Origin: a phage
Length of the DNA: 64,000 bases
Sequence record: PV357171.2
Direction: 5' to 3' (one strand)
Made by a program: the position numbers and the translations under genes. The notes beneath the pieces are model-generated. The model did no database searches, had not been told where the DNA came from, and saw nothing but the letters and a program-made list of their open reading frames with translations. Shown piece after piece: positions 53,427 through 64,000 of this stretch (positions are counted from its first letter, which is position 1; the number at the start of each line of letters is the position of its first letter).

Positions 53427-56272
53427 AAAAAATATTAGATAGTGCTAGAAACTACTTAAAAAATAATAGCAGAATAAAAACTGCTAGTCTAATTTCTCTA
53501 GAATTACCCGGCTCTACTGGTACTAGTACTGCTTTTATTTACTTAACTGACTATTTTAGAGATGTACTATATAATGGTATTTTGTACCAGGCCGGTAAAG
53601 TTAAGTCTATTAGCACACATAAACAAAATAGAGATTTATCTATTGGCAGCCTATCTTTTACTATTACAGGTACAGCGCAGGATGAAGTACTGAAATTAGT
53701 GCAGAATGGTGTGTCTTTTTTAGATAGATTAGTATCAATTCACCAAGCAATTATTACAGAAGATGGTTCTATTTTACCTGTAGACCCAGACACAAATGGG
53801 CCTTTATTATACTTTAGAGGTAGAATTACTGGTGGAGGTATTAAGGATAATATTAGCACTTCGGGAGTTGGAACCTCCACAATTACTTGGAATTGTTCTA
53901 ACCAATTCTATGATTTTGATAGGGTTAATGGTAGATTTACTGATGATGCTTCTCATAGAGGGCTTGAAGTTGTAGCAGGGCAATTAGTTCCATCTAACGG
54001 GGCTAAAAGACTTGAGTATCAAGAAGATTATGGGTTCTTTCATGCCAATAAAAGTATCTCTATTCTAGCAAAATATCAGGTACAGGAAGAAAGATACAAG
54101 CTAAAGTCTAAGAAAAAGCTATTTGGCCTATCTAGAAGTTATAGTCTTAAAAAGTATTATGAGACTGTTACTAAAGAAGTAGATATAGATTTTAACCTTG
54201 CTGCTAAGTATCTACCAGTAGTTTATGGTGTACAGAAAATACCGGGAATACCTATTTTTGCGGATACGGAATTACACAATCCTAATATAGTTTACGTAGT
54301 ATATGCTTTTGCTGAAGGAGAGATAGACGGTTTTCTTGACTTTTCCTTTGGGGATAACCCTATGATTTGTATGGACTCTAATGATAGCTCTGCTAGAACC
54401 TGTTTCGGTGTTAAAAAAGTAGCCGGAGACACCATGCAAAGAATAGCATCAGGAACACCTTCTAGTAGTCCTTCCGTGCATGGGCAGGAGTATAAGTATA
54501 ATGATGGGAATGGTGACATAAGAATTTGGACGTATCATGGAAAACCTGACCAAACGGCTTCTGAAGTACTAGTAGATATAGCTAAAGAACGTGGGTTCTA
54601 CCTTCAGAATATGAATGGCAATGGACCGGAGTACTGGGATGCTAGGTATAAACTACTAGATACTGCATACGCAGTGGTGCGCTTCACTATTAATGAAAAT
54701 AGGACTGAGATTCCTGAAGTTAGTGCTGAAATTCAAGGTAAAAAAGTAAAAGTCTATCATTCTGATGGTAGAGTAACTGCTAATAGTACTAGTTTAAATG
54801 GTATTTGGCAAACACTTGATTACTTAACCTCTGATAGATATGGCGCTAATATTACCATTGATCAGTTCCCCCTTCAGCAATTAATACAGGAAGCAGATAT
54901 TTTAGATATTATAGATGAATCCTATCAGGTATCTTGGCAGCCATATTGGAGATACGTTGGGTGGACTGATCCACTAGCAGAAAATAGACAAATAGTACAA
55001 ATGAATACTATTCTGGATACATCTGAATCAGTATTTAAAAATGTGCAAGGTTTGTTAGAGTCCTATGGTGGGGCTATTAACAATTTATCTGGCCAGTATA
55101 GGGTTACTGTAGAAAAATACTCTAATACTCCATTAGAGATTAATTTTCTAGACACTTACGGTGATTTGGAGCTATCTGATACTACCGGTAGAAATAAATT
55201 CAACTCAGTTCAAGCATCTATTGTGGATCCCGCCCTTAGCTGGAAAACTAATTCCATTACCTTCTATAATTCCAAGTATAAGGAACAGGACAAAAACCTG
55301 GATAAAAAACTACAATTATCTTTTGCAAATATAACTAACTACTATACTGCTAGAAGTTTTGCAGACAGAGAACTTAAGAAATCTAGGTATTCTAGAACCC
55401 TCTCATTCTCTTTACCATATCAATTCATTGGTATTGAGCCTAACGATGCTATTGCATTTACATACGACCGTTACGGATGGGATAAGAAGTACTTTTTAGT
55501 AGATGAAGTAGAAAACTCTAGAGAAGGAAAGATAAATGTTACTCTACAGGAATATGGTGAAGATGTATTTATCAACTCTGATCAAGTAGATAATAGTGGT
55601 AATGATATACCAGATATTAGTAACAACGTTCTTCCTCCTAGGGATTTTAAATATACTCCTACACCCGGTGGTTTAGTTGGTTCTATAGGAAAAAATGGTG
55701 AGTTATCTTGGCTTCCAAGCTTAACTAATAACGTAGTTTATTATTCTATCGTACATTCCGGTCATGCTGAGCCTTATACTGTGCAGCAACTAGAAACAAA
55801 TCCCAATGAACGCATGATCCAAGAGATAATTGGAGAGCCTGCAGGCTTAGCGATATTTGAAATAAGAGCTGTGGATATAAACGGTAGAAGAAGTTCTCCA
55901 GTAACATTATCTATAGAACTTAACTCTGCTAAAAACCTAAGTGTAGTATCTAATTTTAGGGTAACTAATACGGCTTCCGGGGATGTAACTGAATTTGTAG
56001 GCCCAGATGTAAAACTAGCTTGGGATAGGATACCGGAAGAAGATATAATAGAAAGTATATTCTATACTCTGGAAATCTATGATTCCCAGAATAGAATGCT
56101 AAGAAGTGTACGTATTGAAAATCAGTATACTTATGACTATTTATTAATGTATAATAAGGCAGATTTTGCTCTTCATAACAGTGATGCTCTAGGAATCAAT
56201 AGAAAACTATATTTTCGTATTAGAGCAGAAGGAGATGATGGGGAACAGTCTGTGGAGTGGGCATCCATTTAA
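53423..56272 (+). CDS. baseplate hub / tail tip protein (pb3-like)
   Basis: 949 aa; size and position match T5 pb3 as recalled. Confidence 0.65.
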   Translation: MKKILDSARNYLKNNSRIKTASLISLELPGSTGTSTAFIYLTDYFRDVLYNGILYQAGKVKSISTHKQNRDLSIGSLSFTITGTAQDEVLKLVQNGVSFLDRLVSIHQAIITEDGSILPVDPDTNGPLLYFRGRITGGGIKDNISTSGVGTSTITWNCSNQFYDFDRVNGRFTDDASHRGLEVVAGQLVPSNGAKRLEYQEDYGFFHANKSISILAKYQVQEERYKLKSKKKLFGLSRSYSLKKYYETVTKEVDIDFNLAAKYLPVVYGVQKIPGIPIFADTELHNPNIVYVVYAFAEGEIDGFLDFSFGDNPMICMDSNDSSARTCFGVKKVAGDTMQRIASGTPSSSPSVHGQEYKYNDGNGDIRIWTYHGKPDQTASEVLVDIAKERGFYLQNMNGNGPEYWDARYKLLDTAYAVVRFTINENRTEIPEVSAEIQGKKVKVYHSDGRVTANSTSLNGIWQTLDYLTSDRYGANITIDQFPLQQLIQEADILDIIDESYQVSWQPYWRYVGWTDPLAENRQIVQMNTILDTSESVFKNVQGLLESYGGAINNLSGQYRVTVEKYSNTPLEINFLDTYGDLELSDTTGRNKFNSVQASIVDPALSWKTNSITFYNSKYKEQDKNLDKKLQLSFANITNYYTARSFADRELKKSRYSRTLSFSLPYQFIGIEPNDAIAFTYDRYGWDKKYFLVDEVENSREGKINVTLQEYGEDVFINSDQVDNSGNDIPDISNNVLPPRDFKYTPTPGGLVGSIGKNGELSWLPSLTNNVVYYSIVHSGHAEPYTVQQLETNPNERMIQEIIGEPAGLAIFEIRAVDINGRRSSPVTLSIELNSAKNLSVVSNFRVTNTASGDVTEFVGPDVKLAWDRIPEEDIIESIFYTLEIYDSQNRMLRSVRIENQYTYDYLLMYNKADFALHNSDALGINRKLYFRIRAEGDDGEQSVEWASI

Positions 56273-58329
56273 TGATTTCGAATAATGCACCAGCCAAAAT
56301 GGTCTTAAATAGTATAATGACTGGATATACAATGGCATATGTCCAGCACTCTATATATACTGACTATGACGTTATTGGTAGATCTTTTTGGTTAAAAACA
56401 GGGGAAAGTATAGATAGACGTGATTATACTGGTATAGATACTTTCTTCGTAATGATTAATAACCTGACCCCTTCAACCTCTTACGAGATTCAAGGGGCTT
56501 TTTATGATTCTATTATAGACTCTGAGCTATTAGAGGCTAAGATCGGTATAAATTTATCTAATAAAACTACCTTTAGTACTAAGAGAAAACCTACTATTAC
56601 TGCTGCTCGATCAGAAGCAGATCCAGTAGATGTGGGTGTTGGTGCTCCAATAGTAGTTATAGAAACTACGGGAGAAGCTAGTTATTGTACTATTGAGCTA
56701 AAGAGTACTCAACCTTCAAATAGCCCGTGGGTAAAGCATTATATAGGTCCACTATCCCCCACTATTAGATTTGGTGGTGTTCCTGTTGGGGATTACAAAG
56801 TACGCATATCAGGGCAAGTTACTATGCCTGATGGTGTAACGGTAGACTCCTCTGGGTACTTTGAATTTTCCAAAGTTCTTACTGTAGAATATAACTTTGT
56901 ACCTCCTACTGCTCCTAATAACATTACCTTCAAAGCTGCAAGAATAGCGGATGGTAAAGAGAGATATGACCTTCGTGTACAGTGGGAGTGGAATAGGGGA
57001 TCTGGAGCCAATGTTCGAGAATTTGTCGTTTCTTATATAGATTCCACAGAATTTGCAAGAACTGGATGGACTAAAGCTCAAAAAATTAACGTAGGTGCTG
57101 CACAAGCGGCAACTATTATATCGTTCCCGTGGAAAATTGAGCATAAATTTAAAGTCTCCTCTATAGCGTGGGGGCCAGATGCTCAAGATGTAACAGATTC
57201 TGTAGTACAGACTTTTATACTAAATGAGGATACCCCTCTTGATAATAGTTTTGTTAATGAAACTGGTATAGAAGTAAACTATGCGTATATTAAAGGTAAG
57301 ATTAAAGATGGCTCCACGTGGAAGCAAACATTTTTAATCGATGCTACTACTGGTGCTATTAATATAGGTCTTCTAGATGCTGAAGGAAAAGCACCAATAT
57401 CTTTTGATCCGATTAAAAAGATAGTTAACGTTGATGGTAGTGTTATAACTAAAACTATCAATGCTGCTAACTTTGTAATGACCAATCTAACTGGCCAAGA
57501 TAACCCTGCAATCTATACTCAAGGTAAAACTTGGGGGGATACAAAATCTGGTATCTGGATGGGAATGGATAACACTTCTGCTAAGCCAAAGCTAGATATA
57601 GGTAATGCTACTCAGTGGATACGCTATGATGGCGATGTGCTACGTATTTCTAGTGGAGTTGTTATTGGAACTCCTAATGGTGATGTAGATATTGGTACTG
57701 GGATGCAGGGTAAGCAAACAGTATTTGTTTATAAGTTAGCAACATCTCTACCCGCTAAACCACTAGAACAAGATTATCCGCCTCCTGGTTGGTCAAAAAC
57801 TCCACCTAATCGTACAGATATGACACAAAATATCTATGCGACTACTGGTACACTTGATCCAGTTACTAACAAACTTCTTGAAGGTACTAGCTGGTCTGAT
57901 GTAGTTCAATGGAGCGGTACTGAAGGTACTATTGGTGCAGATGGTCAAAGGGGTCCTGGCATGTATTCCTTAGGTATTCCAGGTCTTGGTGGTTGGGATG
58001 ATGGGCAAGCTAATACCTTCTTCCAGAATAACTTTGGTAGTCCACCCGTTAGATATGATGTATTGACTGAGTTTAATAGTAATGCTCCGCAATCTGCATT
58101 TACTCGTCAATGGAATGGTTCCGGTTGGGTTAATCCAGCAATGGTACTGCATGGCGATATGATAGTTAACGGTACGGTAACCGCCAGTAAGATTGTAGCA
58201 AATAATGCCTTCTTATCTCAGATCGGTGTTAACGTTATTTATGATAGAAACGCTGCATTATCTGATAATCCGGAAGCCTATTACAGAATGAAGATAGACC
58301 TGCAAAACGGGTACATCCATATAAGGTAA
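56272..58329 (+). CDS. tail tip / central fiber protein (pb4-like)
   Basis: Start set at ATG overlapping the pb3 stop (track start 56257). Confidence 0.55.
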   Translation: MISNNAPAKMVLNSIMTGYTMAYVQHSIYTDYDVIGRSFWLKTGESIDRRDYTGIDTFFVMINNLTPSTSYEIQGAFYDSIIDSELLEAKIGINLSNKTTFSTKRKPTITAARSEADPVDVGVGAPIVVIETTGEASYCTIELKSTQPSNSPWVKHYIGPLSPTIRFGGVPVGDYKVRISGQVTMPDGVTVDSSGYFEFSKVLTVEYNFVPPTAPNNITFKAARIADGKERYDLRVQWEWNRGSGANVREFVVSYIDSTEFARTGWTKAQKINVGAAQAATIISFPWKIEHKFKVSSIAWGPDAQDVTDSVVQTFILNEDTPLDNSFVNETGIEVNYAYIKGKIKDGSTWKQTFLIDATTGAINIGLLDAEGKAPISFDPIKKIVNVDGSVITKTINAANFVMTNLTGQDNPAIYTQGKTWGDTKSGIWMGMDNTSAKPKLDIGNATQWIRYDGDVLRISSGVVIGTPNGDVDIGTGMQGKQTVFVYKLATSLPAKPLEQDYPPPGWSKTPPNRTDMTQNIYATTGTLDPVTNKLLEGTSWSDVVQWSGTEGTIGADGQRGPGMYSLGIPGLGGWDDGQANTFFQNNFGSPPVRYDVLTEFNSNAPQSAFTRQWNGSGWVNPAMVLHGDMIVNGTVTASKIVANNAFLSQIGVNVIYDRNAALSDNPEAYYRMKIDLQNGYIHIR

Positions 58330-58332
58330 ATA

Positions 58333-58755
58333 ATGAGTACTGAAAATAGAGTTATAGACTTAGTAATAGATGAGAAAGTACCATATGGTTTAATGATGCA
58401 GTTCTTAGATGTTGATGATAGTACTTATCCACCTACAAGTACCCCTGTTAACTTAACTGGGTATTCTCTAAGGGGTACTATAAAAAATAGCCTAGATGAG
58501 AATGCGGAGATATTGGCATCCTTTACTACTAATATTATTGATGCTGCTCAAGGGGCTGTAGCTATAAGTTTACCAGTAGAATCTGTGGAGAATATAGGAG
58601 CTAAAGCATCTAAAGATAGAGATAAATATAATCCTCGTCAGCGATTCGCAGGATACTATGATATAATTATGACTAGAGATGTTATAGGATCTGCAATTAG
58701 CTCCTTTCGTATAATGGAGGGTAAAGTATTTATCAGTGATGGGGTAACTAAATAA
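58333..58755 (+). CDS. collar protein (p132-like)
   Basis: 140 aa immediately upstream of the fiber gene. Confidence 0.5.
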   Translation: MSTENRVIDLVIDEKVPYGLMMQFLDVDDSTYPPTSTPVNLTGYSLRGTIKNSLDENAEILASFTTNIIDAAQGAVAISLPVESVENIGAKASKDRDKYNPRQRFAGYYDIIMTRDVIGSAISSFRIMEGKVFISDGVTK

Positions 58756-61103
58756 TGGCAGTAACTACTAAGATTATTGTACAACAGATACTAAATATTG
58801 ATGATACTAAAGCTACTGCTAGTAAATTTCCTAGATATACAGTAACTCTTGGTAACTCTATTAGCTCTATTACTGCAAGTGAGTTAGTATCATCTATTGA
58901 GGCCGCAGCTAAGTCTGCTGCAGCTGCAAAAGACTCTGAAATAGCTGCTAAGACTTCAGAGCTTAATGCTAAGAACTCTGAACAGGAAGCTGCTATTTCT
59001 GCTGGAGCTTCTGAAGCCTCTGCCACTCAGTCCGCTACATCTGCTACTCAATCTGCAGAATCAGCGGATAGATCTGCAGAATCAGCCGCAGCAGCTAAAG
59101 TATCAGAGACTAATGCGAAAGCTAGTGAAACTAAAGCTAAAACATCCGAGACTAATGCAAAAGCCTCAGAAACTAATGCAAAGTCTAGTGAAACCAAAGC
59201 TAAAACCTCGGAAACTAATGCTAAAACTAGTGAAACCAACGCTGCTGCTTCCGCTGCTGCTGCAAAAATTAGTGAGACTAATGCTAAGACTAGTGAGACT
59301 AATGCTGCTGAGTCTGCTGCGTCTGCTGCCGATTCTAAAGGTTTTAGGGATGAAGCAGAAACATTTGCTGCACAAGCGGCTGCCTCTGCTGCGGCTGCTA
59401 AAGTATCCGAGACTAAGGCAAAAACATCAGAAACTAATGCAAAGTCTAGCGAAACTAAAGCTAAGGCTAGTGAAACAAATGCTGCTAGTTCTGCAACTTC
59501 AGCTAGTCAATCAGTAACCACTATTCAAGGTCTAAAATCTGACGTTGAGGAATTAAAATCTGATACTCAAACCATAAAGAATAGTGCTGTAACTGAGACA
59601 ACAGCTTTAAAAAATCAAGCGGCTACTTCTGCAACTAATGCTGCTGCATCTGCTACTGAAGCGGGAAAACAAGCTACTAATGCTGCTAATAGTGCTAATA
59701 GTGCTAAAACTGAGGCTGACCGTTCAAAAACTGAAGCTGATCGTGCTAAAGCTGAGGCAGATAGATCTGAAGCCGCTATTAATGATACTCCTGAGCTGCA
59801 GCCGTTACCTGATGTATGGATACCTTTTAATGACTCCTTAGATATGATTACCGGCTTCTCACCTAGCTATAAAAAGATTATAATTGGTGACGATGAAATT
59901 ACAATGCCTGGTGACAAGATTGTTAAGTTTAAACGTGCATCAACTGCGACATATATTAATAAATCCGGCGTTTTCACTGTTGCGGGAATTGATGAACCAC
60001 GTTTTGAACGTGATGGTCTGCTTATTGAGGGGCAAAGAACAAACTATATTCTTAACTCCCTTACTGTTTCTAAATGGGGTGCATCTTCGTGGTTGACAAT
60101 CTCATCAAGCGGAGTTGATAGCTTTGGTTTTACATATGGCCGATTTGATGTTCAGTCTAGTAATGTTGGAAGCACAACATCCGGTAATATTGCTGTGGCT
60201 CCTTCACCAAGAGCTTTTGACGTTACTGGTGATGAGAAGTATTGCACTATATCTTGCCGATGCAAATGTGAATCAGACATAGATATTCGATGCAGACTCC
60301 GATTTGAGAACTACGACGGGACTGCCACATCCTTCATTGGCGATGCGTACATGAATATGCAGACTTTAGATATAACAACTACAGGTGGAGCAGCAGGTAG
60401 AATTACAGCTAAAGCGGTCAAGGATAATGCTACAGGATGGATATTTTTTGAAGCGACAATAAAAGCACTAGATACCGAAAATATGATTGGTGGCCAAGTT
60501 CAGATAGCACCATCTCAAAGAGTTGGATCTTTTGCAGATGGCGATCATATTATTGTTGCAACGCCGCAATTTGAAGGTGGGGCGACTGCATCGTCATTCA
60601 TCATATCTGATACAGTTGCAGCGACAAGGGCTAGCGATATGGTGACAGTGCCAATTAAAAACAATCTTTATAGCTTACCTTTTACGGTTCTTTGTGAGGT
60701 ACATAAGAATTGGTACAAAACACCGAATGCAGCACCGCGAGTTTTTGATACTGCAGGTCATCAAACTGGAGCAGCAATCATTCTTGGATTTGGTTCTTCA
60801 ACAAATTACGATGGGTTTCCATATTGCGATATTGGTGGGTCTAACCGACGTGTTAACGAAAACGCATCGCTTGAAAAAATGGTTATGGGGATGCGTGTGA
60901 AAGAAGATCAGATGACATGTGCGATAAGTAATGGGCGTATATCTAGTGAGACAAAGACAACTTGGACTTATATTCAAAGCTCTGCAACCATTCGTATAGG
61001 TGGTCAGACAACAACAGGGCAGCGTCATTTATTCGGGCATGTCAGAAATTTTCGAGTATGGCATAAAGCATTGACTGACCGTGAATTGAAGGAGTCGGTA
61101 TGA
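58755..61103 (+). CDS. L-shaped tail fiber protein (LtfA-like) with Ala/Ser/Thr-rich repeat stalk
   Basis: 782 aa; N-terminus [14 protein letters not shown]...SISSITAS; tandem SETNAK-type repeats. Confidence 0.6.
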   Translation: MAVTTKIIVQQILNIDDTKATASKFPRYTVTLGNSISSITASELVSSIEAAAKSAAAAKDSEIAAKTSELNAKNSEQEAAISAGASEASATQSATSATQSAESADRSAESAAAAKVSETNAKASETKAKTSETNAKASETNAKSSETKAKTSETNAKTSETNAAASAAAAKISETNAKTSETNAAESAASAADSKGFRDEAETFAAQAAASAAAAKVSETKAKTSETNAKSSETKAKASETNAASSATSASQSVTTIQGLKSDVEELKSDTQTIKNSAVTETTALKNQAATSATNAAASATEAGKQATNAANSANSAKTEADRSKTEADRAKAEADRSEAAINDTPELQPLPDVWIPFNDSLDMITGFSPSYKKIIIGDDEITMPGDKIVKFKRASTATYINKSGVFTVAGIDEPRFERDGLLIEGQRTNYILNSLTVSKWGASSWLTISSSGVDSFGFTYGRFDVQSSNVGSTTSGNIAVAPSPRAFDVTGDEKYCTISCRCKCESDIDIRCRLRFENYDGTATSFIGDAYMNMQTLDITTTGGAAGRITAKAVKDNATGWIFFEATIKALDTENMIGGQVQIAPSQRVGSFADGDHIIVATPQFEGGATASSFIISDTVAATRASDMVTVPIKNNLYSLPFTVLCEVHKNWYKTPNAAPRVFDTAGHQTGAAIILGFGSSTNYDGFPYCDIGGSNRRVNENASLEKMVMGMRVKEDQMTCAISNGRISSETKTTWTYIQSSATIRIGGQTTTGQRHLFGHVRNFRVWHKALTDRELKESV
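59097..59505 (+). repeat. tandem about 18-nt repeats inside the fiber gene (encode ~6-aa SETNAK/SETKAK units)
   Basis: Repeated AGTGAAACTAA(A/T)GC(T/A)AAA-type units read in the sequence. Confidence 0.5.
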
Positions 61104-61375
61104 AAGACTTAACTATGAAATTTAAGGACAAGAAAGCATTTGAGGATTTTCTTGTGGTTATTGATTGGGAAGGTAATGAAACTTTGCAAAATCAAATAAT
61201 ACTTGATGTTATCGGATATACTTATACACAAACTGGTGGCTCAGAGGAAGAGCCCATATATACCCAGAATGGGGGATATTATGTGAACGTAAGGGTTATT
61301 GATGATTCAATTGACTTCACTCAATACAGTGATCATAGTGTTATTCTTGAACAGTCTCTTAGAGAGTGGGCATAA
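61100..61375 (+). CDS. hypothetical protein
   Basis: 91 aa; ATGA overlap with the fiber gene stop. Confidence 0.45.
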   Translation: MKDLTMKFKDKKAFEDFLVVIDWEGNETLQNQIILDVIGYTYTQTGGSEEEPIYTQNGGYYVNVRVIDDSIDFTQYSDHSVILEQSLREWA

Positions 61376-61384
61376 GGTTTTATA

Positions 61385-63128
61385 ATGGTAACTAAAACAG
61401 TAATTCCTACGGATATTACAAAACTTAAAAATGAGTCACTTAATAAAAATAATAACCTGAGTGACTTAGCAGACCGTGCAGCAGCCTGGCTAAATGTGCG
61501 TCCTATTGGGTCCACCCCTCTTGCGGGGGATCCTGTTGGGGGACTATGATGCCGCAACTAAACGTTGGGTAGAGAATAAGATTAACACTGGTACAGTTGG
61601 ACCCACTATGAATGGTGTTATGAACTACGGTGTTGGTGATTTCCACCTTCGAGATAGCCGTGCATACATTCAACCATACGAGGTGGTTTCTGATGGGCAG
61701 CTCCTTAATAGGGCTGACTGGCCGGAGCTTTGGTCTTACGCTCAAATGGTGGGGGCAATTAGTGATGCAAAATGGTTAGCAGATCCACATGAGAGAGGCA
61801 AATACTCAGTTGGTGATGGTCGAACAACCTTCCGTGTTCCTGATCGAAATGGTGTTCAATCTGGCTCCTTTAAAGGTCTTTTTGGACGTGGTGATAGTGG
61901 GGTAACTTCTAACCTCGGTAGAACGAATGAGTCTTCTGCTCCTAACTTAACTGCCTACTTCAGAACCGTAACTGATACGTCAATTATTGAAAATGATGCT
62001 GCAAGTGGTGCTGGATACCCATCCGAGGCATACCAAAAATATGCTCGGCTAAGCGCTATTAAAGAAGAGGCTGCACTAGAAATATACCCACGTAGATGGA
62101 ACTTTGATGCTTCTCGCCAATCTAGTGTATATGGGCGTTATGGTAATACAGATGAGATTACACCTAATAACTTCACCGGTGTATGGGTAATCCGGGCGTC
62201 TGGTGGTTTCGTTGCAGCAAATACATCTTGGAGTGTTATTAACGGCGATGCGACCAGACCAACAGACAGCACAAGAGTTGAATCAGGGAAAGTAAGCGTA
62301 GAATATAAGATTGGAACGGCTATTGAGGCGCAGGGTAAAGTCTATACTGCTGCAACAATGGGCGGGACATATTCTACCCAGCTCTCTGTTAAAAATGCCA
62401 CTACGGGTAAAGAGAAAGATATCAGCGTCACAGAAGATGGTGATCTGTGGTCTGACCGCTTTAAGGGTAGATTTGGCACCCGTATGGCTTGGAGTCAGAC
62501 CGGCTGGGTCTATGGCACATTTTCCCAAGCCAACCAAGCCATCGGTAACGACTACAGTTTCTACAGTATTCTTAGCGGCTCCCAAAGTTCAAGCTCGGGC
62601 TATAAAACTCATACCCATATTGGTCAAATCCATAATGACAATGGTTCATTTGCTGATAGCTGCTGGCATGTTGCAGGTGATGATGATAATAAATATGGTG
62701 TACGTTTAAAAATTCAGCCTAATAATAATAGTATTTATTTCTATTCTTGGTGGCCTAATGGTGCAGCAACCTATACTTTGCAATTAAATGCTATATCTGA
62801 TTCTCGCTTAAAGCATGATATTAAGGCTATAGATGCAACTAAATCCATCGAAATATTAAAAGGATTGGAATTCCAATCCTTTGTATATAATAACGATGAA
62901 AAATCTCGTATCCGACGTGGGGTTATTGCTCAGCAAGTAGAGACTATAGAACCACTTTATGTAAAAACTAGAAGATTTTATAATAATGATGGGGTAGAGC
63001 AAGAACAGAAGGAATTAGATACGACTCCAATGCTTCTTGACACTATGCATGTCGTGCAAGAACTTATAAAACGGATTGAATCTTTGGAAGAAGAACTCAA
63101 GCAATTAAGAGCAAACCTAGTGCAATAA
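61385..63128 (+). CDS. tail fiber protein (LtfB-like) with C-terminal intramolecular-chaperone (peptidase S74-like) domain; apparent frameshift in a G-run near 61520-61545
   Basis: Fiber-like N-terminal 54 codons from ATG 61385 end at TGA 61547-61549; body 61494..63128 is in another frame; C-terminus has SDSRLKHDI...coiled-coil typical of self-cleaving chaperone domains. Confidence 0.5.
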
Positions 63129-63136
63129 TGTAAGAA

Positions 63137-63177
63137 AACCCCAGTGGATTTTGTCCACTGGGGTTTATTATTTATTT
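63137..63177. terminator. bidirectional rho-independent terminator between convergent genes
   Basis: AACCCCAGTGGA-ttttg-TCCACTGGGGTTT hairpin flanked by T-rich tracts on both strands. Confidence 0.6.
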
Positions 63178-63187
63178 GATATGTAGA

Positions 63188-63634
63188 TTATTTATTTCCC
63201 GAACTTCCAAACCCGCCTTCACCACGATCAGTTTCCCCTAGTTCATCAACAATTTCAAAATTATGTGTTGAGTAGTGTGGTACTACTACCAACTGACAAA
63301 GTCTTTCAAAATTCTCCAGAGTTTGCATTTCAGAACCGTAATTATAGAGGTTCATCTTAATAGTACCACGATAGTCTGAGTCGATCACCCCTGCGGTGTT
63401 TGCGATCATCAGATGACGCTTACCTAAAGAGCTGCGAGGAACTACCAAACCGAACCAACCTCGCGGAATTTCTACCGCGACACCGGTGTCAATCATTAAG
63501 GATTTGCCTGGTGCAATAGCACGTAAATCTGCAGCAGGGTTAGTACCAAAGAATGCTCGCAGATCCATACCTGCGGCATCTTCGGAACCAATCTTAGGCA
63601 TACAATCTGGATGAGTTAATTTAATTTTAATCAT
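63188..63634 (-). CDS. dut: dUTP diphosphatase (dUTPase)
   Basis: 148 aa; AGMDLRA, GVIDSDYRG and RGEGGFGSSG dUTPase motifs. Confidence 0.9.
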   Translation of the reverse strand: MIKIKLTHPDCMPKIGSEDAAGMDLRAFFGTNPAADLRAIAPGKSLMIDTGVAVEIPRGWFGLVVPRSSLGKRHLMIANTAGVIDSDYRGTIKMNLYNYGSEMQTLENFERLCQLVVVPHYSTHNFEIVDELGETDRGEGGFGSSGNK

Positions 63635-64000
63635 TGTTCTGCAATCTCCAAAATATCTTTTGTAAACTTATCTAATACATCTTGACCTACAGCAGCAATA
63701 GCGTCCACACAGTAGGTAGGTAAATCAACTAAAATTAGGTTTCGATAAAGCAATTCTTCCGAAGCATTTAAATTCTGTATATATTTCTGTTTTCCAGGTA
63801 GTGGAAGCTGATCAATAATATCCAGAACGTTACCAAATTCACGAATAATATTATATCCGCGTTTTGCCCCAATACCTTCAACACCTCGGATATTATCCCC
63901 TAAATCACCCATAATTGCTTTCAGAGAGATAAACTGCTCTACATCGTCAACATTATGATGCTCGTACATATCACGAAGATGATATTCACGATGTGTTGTG
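63631..64000 (-). CDS. 5'-3' flap exonuclease (D15-like), C-terminal part; start beyond window end
   Basis: H3TH motif GDLGDNIRGVEGIGAKRG; reading frame continues past position 64000. Confidence 0.8.
   Translation of the reverse strand, partial: TTHREYHLRDMYEHHNVDDVEQFISLKAIMGDLGDNIRGVEGIGAKRGYNIIREFGNVLDIIDQLPLPGKQKYIQNLNASEELLYRNLILVDLPTYCVDAIAAVGQDVLDKFTKDILEIAEQ

Overview
The window reads as a T5-like siphophage genome segment (Tequintavirus-type), read by eye with no tools, so hand-derived coordinates may be off by 1-2 nt; CDS coordinates follow the supplied ORF track. Layout: (i) 0.3-6.6 kb, a tRNA island on the + strand with 17 canonical cloverleaf tRNAs and several degenerate tRNA-like elements, interleaved with HNH and T5orf172-type homing-endonuclease genes; (ii) 5-24 kb, + strand early genes behind at least nine copies of one strong sigma70-type promoter-leader module (dNMP kinase-like, ClpP-like protease, holin and L-alanyl-D-glutamate endolysin, Ser/Thr phosphatase, many small membrane proteins); (iii) 24-35.5 kb, a pre-early / terminal-repeat-like block with three direct-repeat families, four perfect DnaA-box 9-mers inside 42-bp inverted repeats that flank a 2-kb cassette, tandem HNH genes, an A1-like 556-aa metallophosphoesterase, and a HAD 5'-nucleotidase (dmp-like); (iv) 35.5-63.1 kb, the late structural module (llp lipoprotein and receptor-binding protein, terminase, portal, decoration protein, prohead protease, major capsid, tail tube, 1219-aa tape measure, distal tail, baseplate hub, collar, two fiber proteins); (v) 63.2-64 kb, dUTPase and a 5'-3' flap exonuclease on the - strand. 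The most notable observations are three apparent reading-frame disruptions (an HNH gene, the major capsid gene, a fiber gene), the inverted-repeat-flanked cassettes, and a natural leader identical to the pQE RBSII sequence. No CRISPR array, integrase or transposase was seen.
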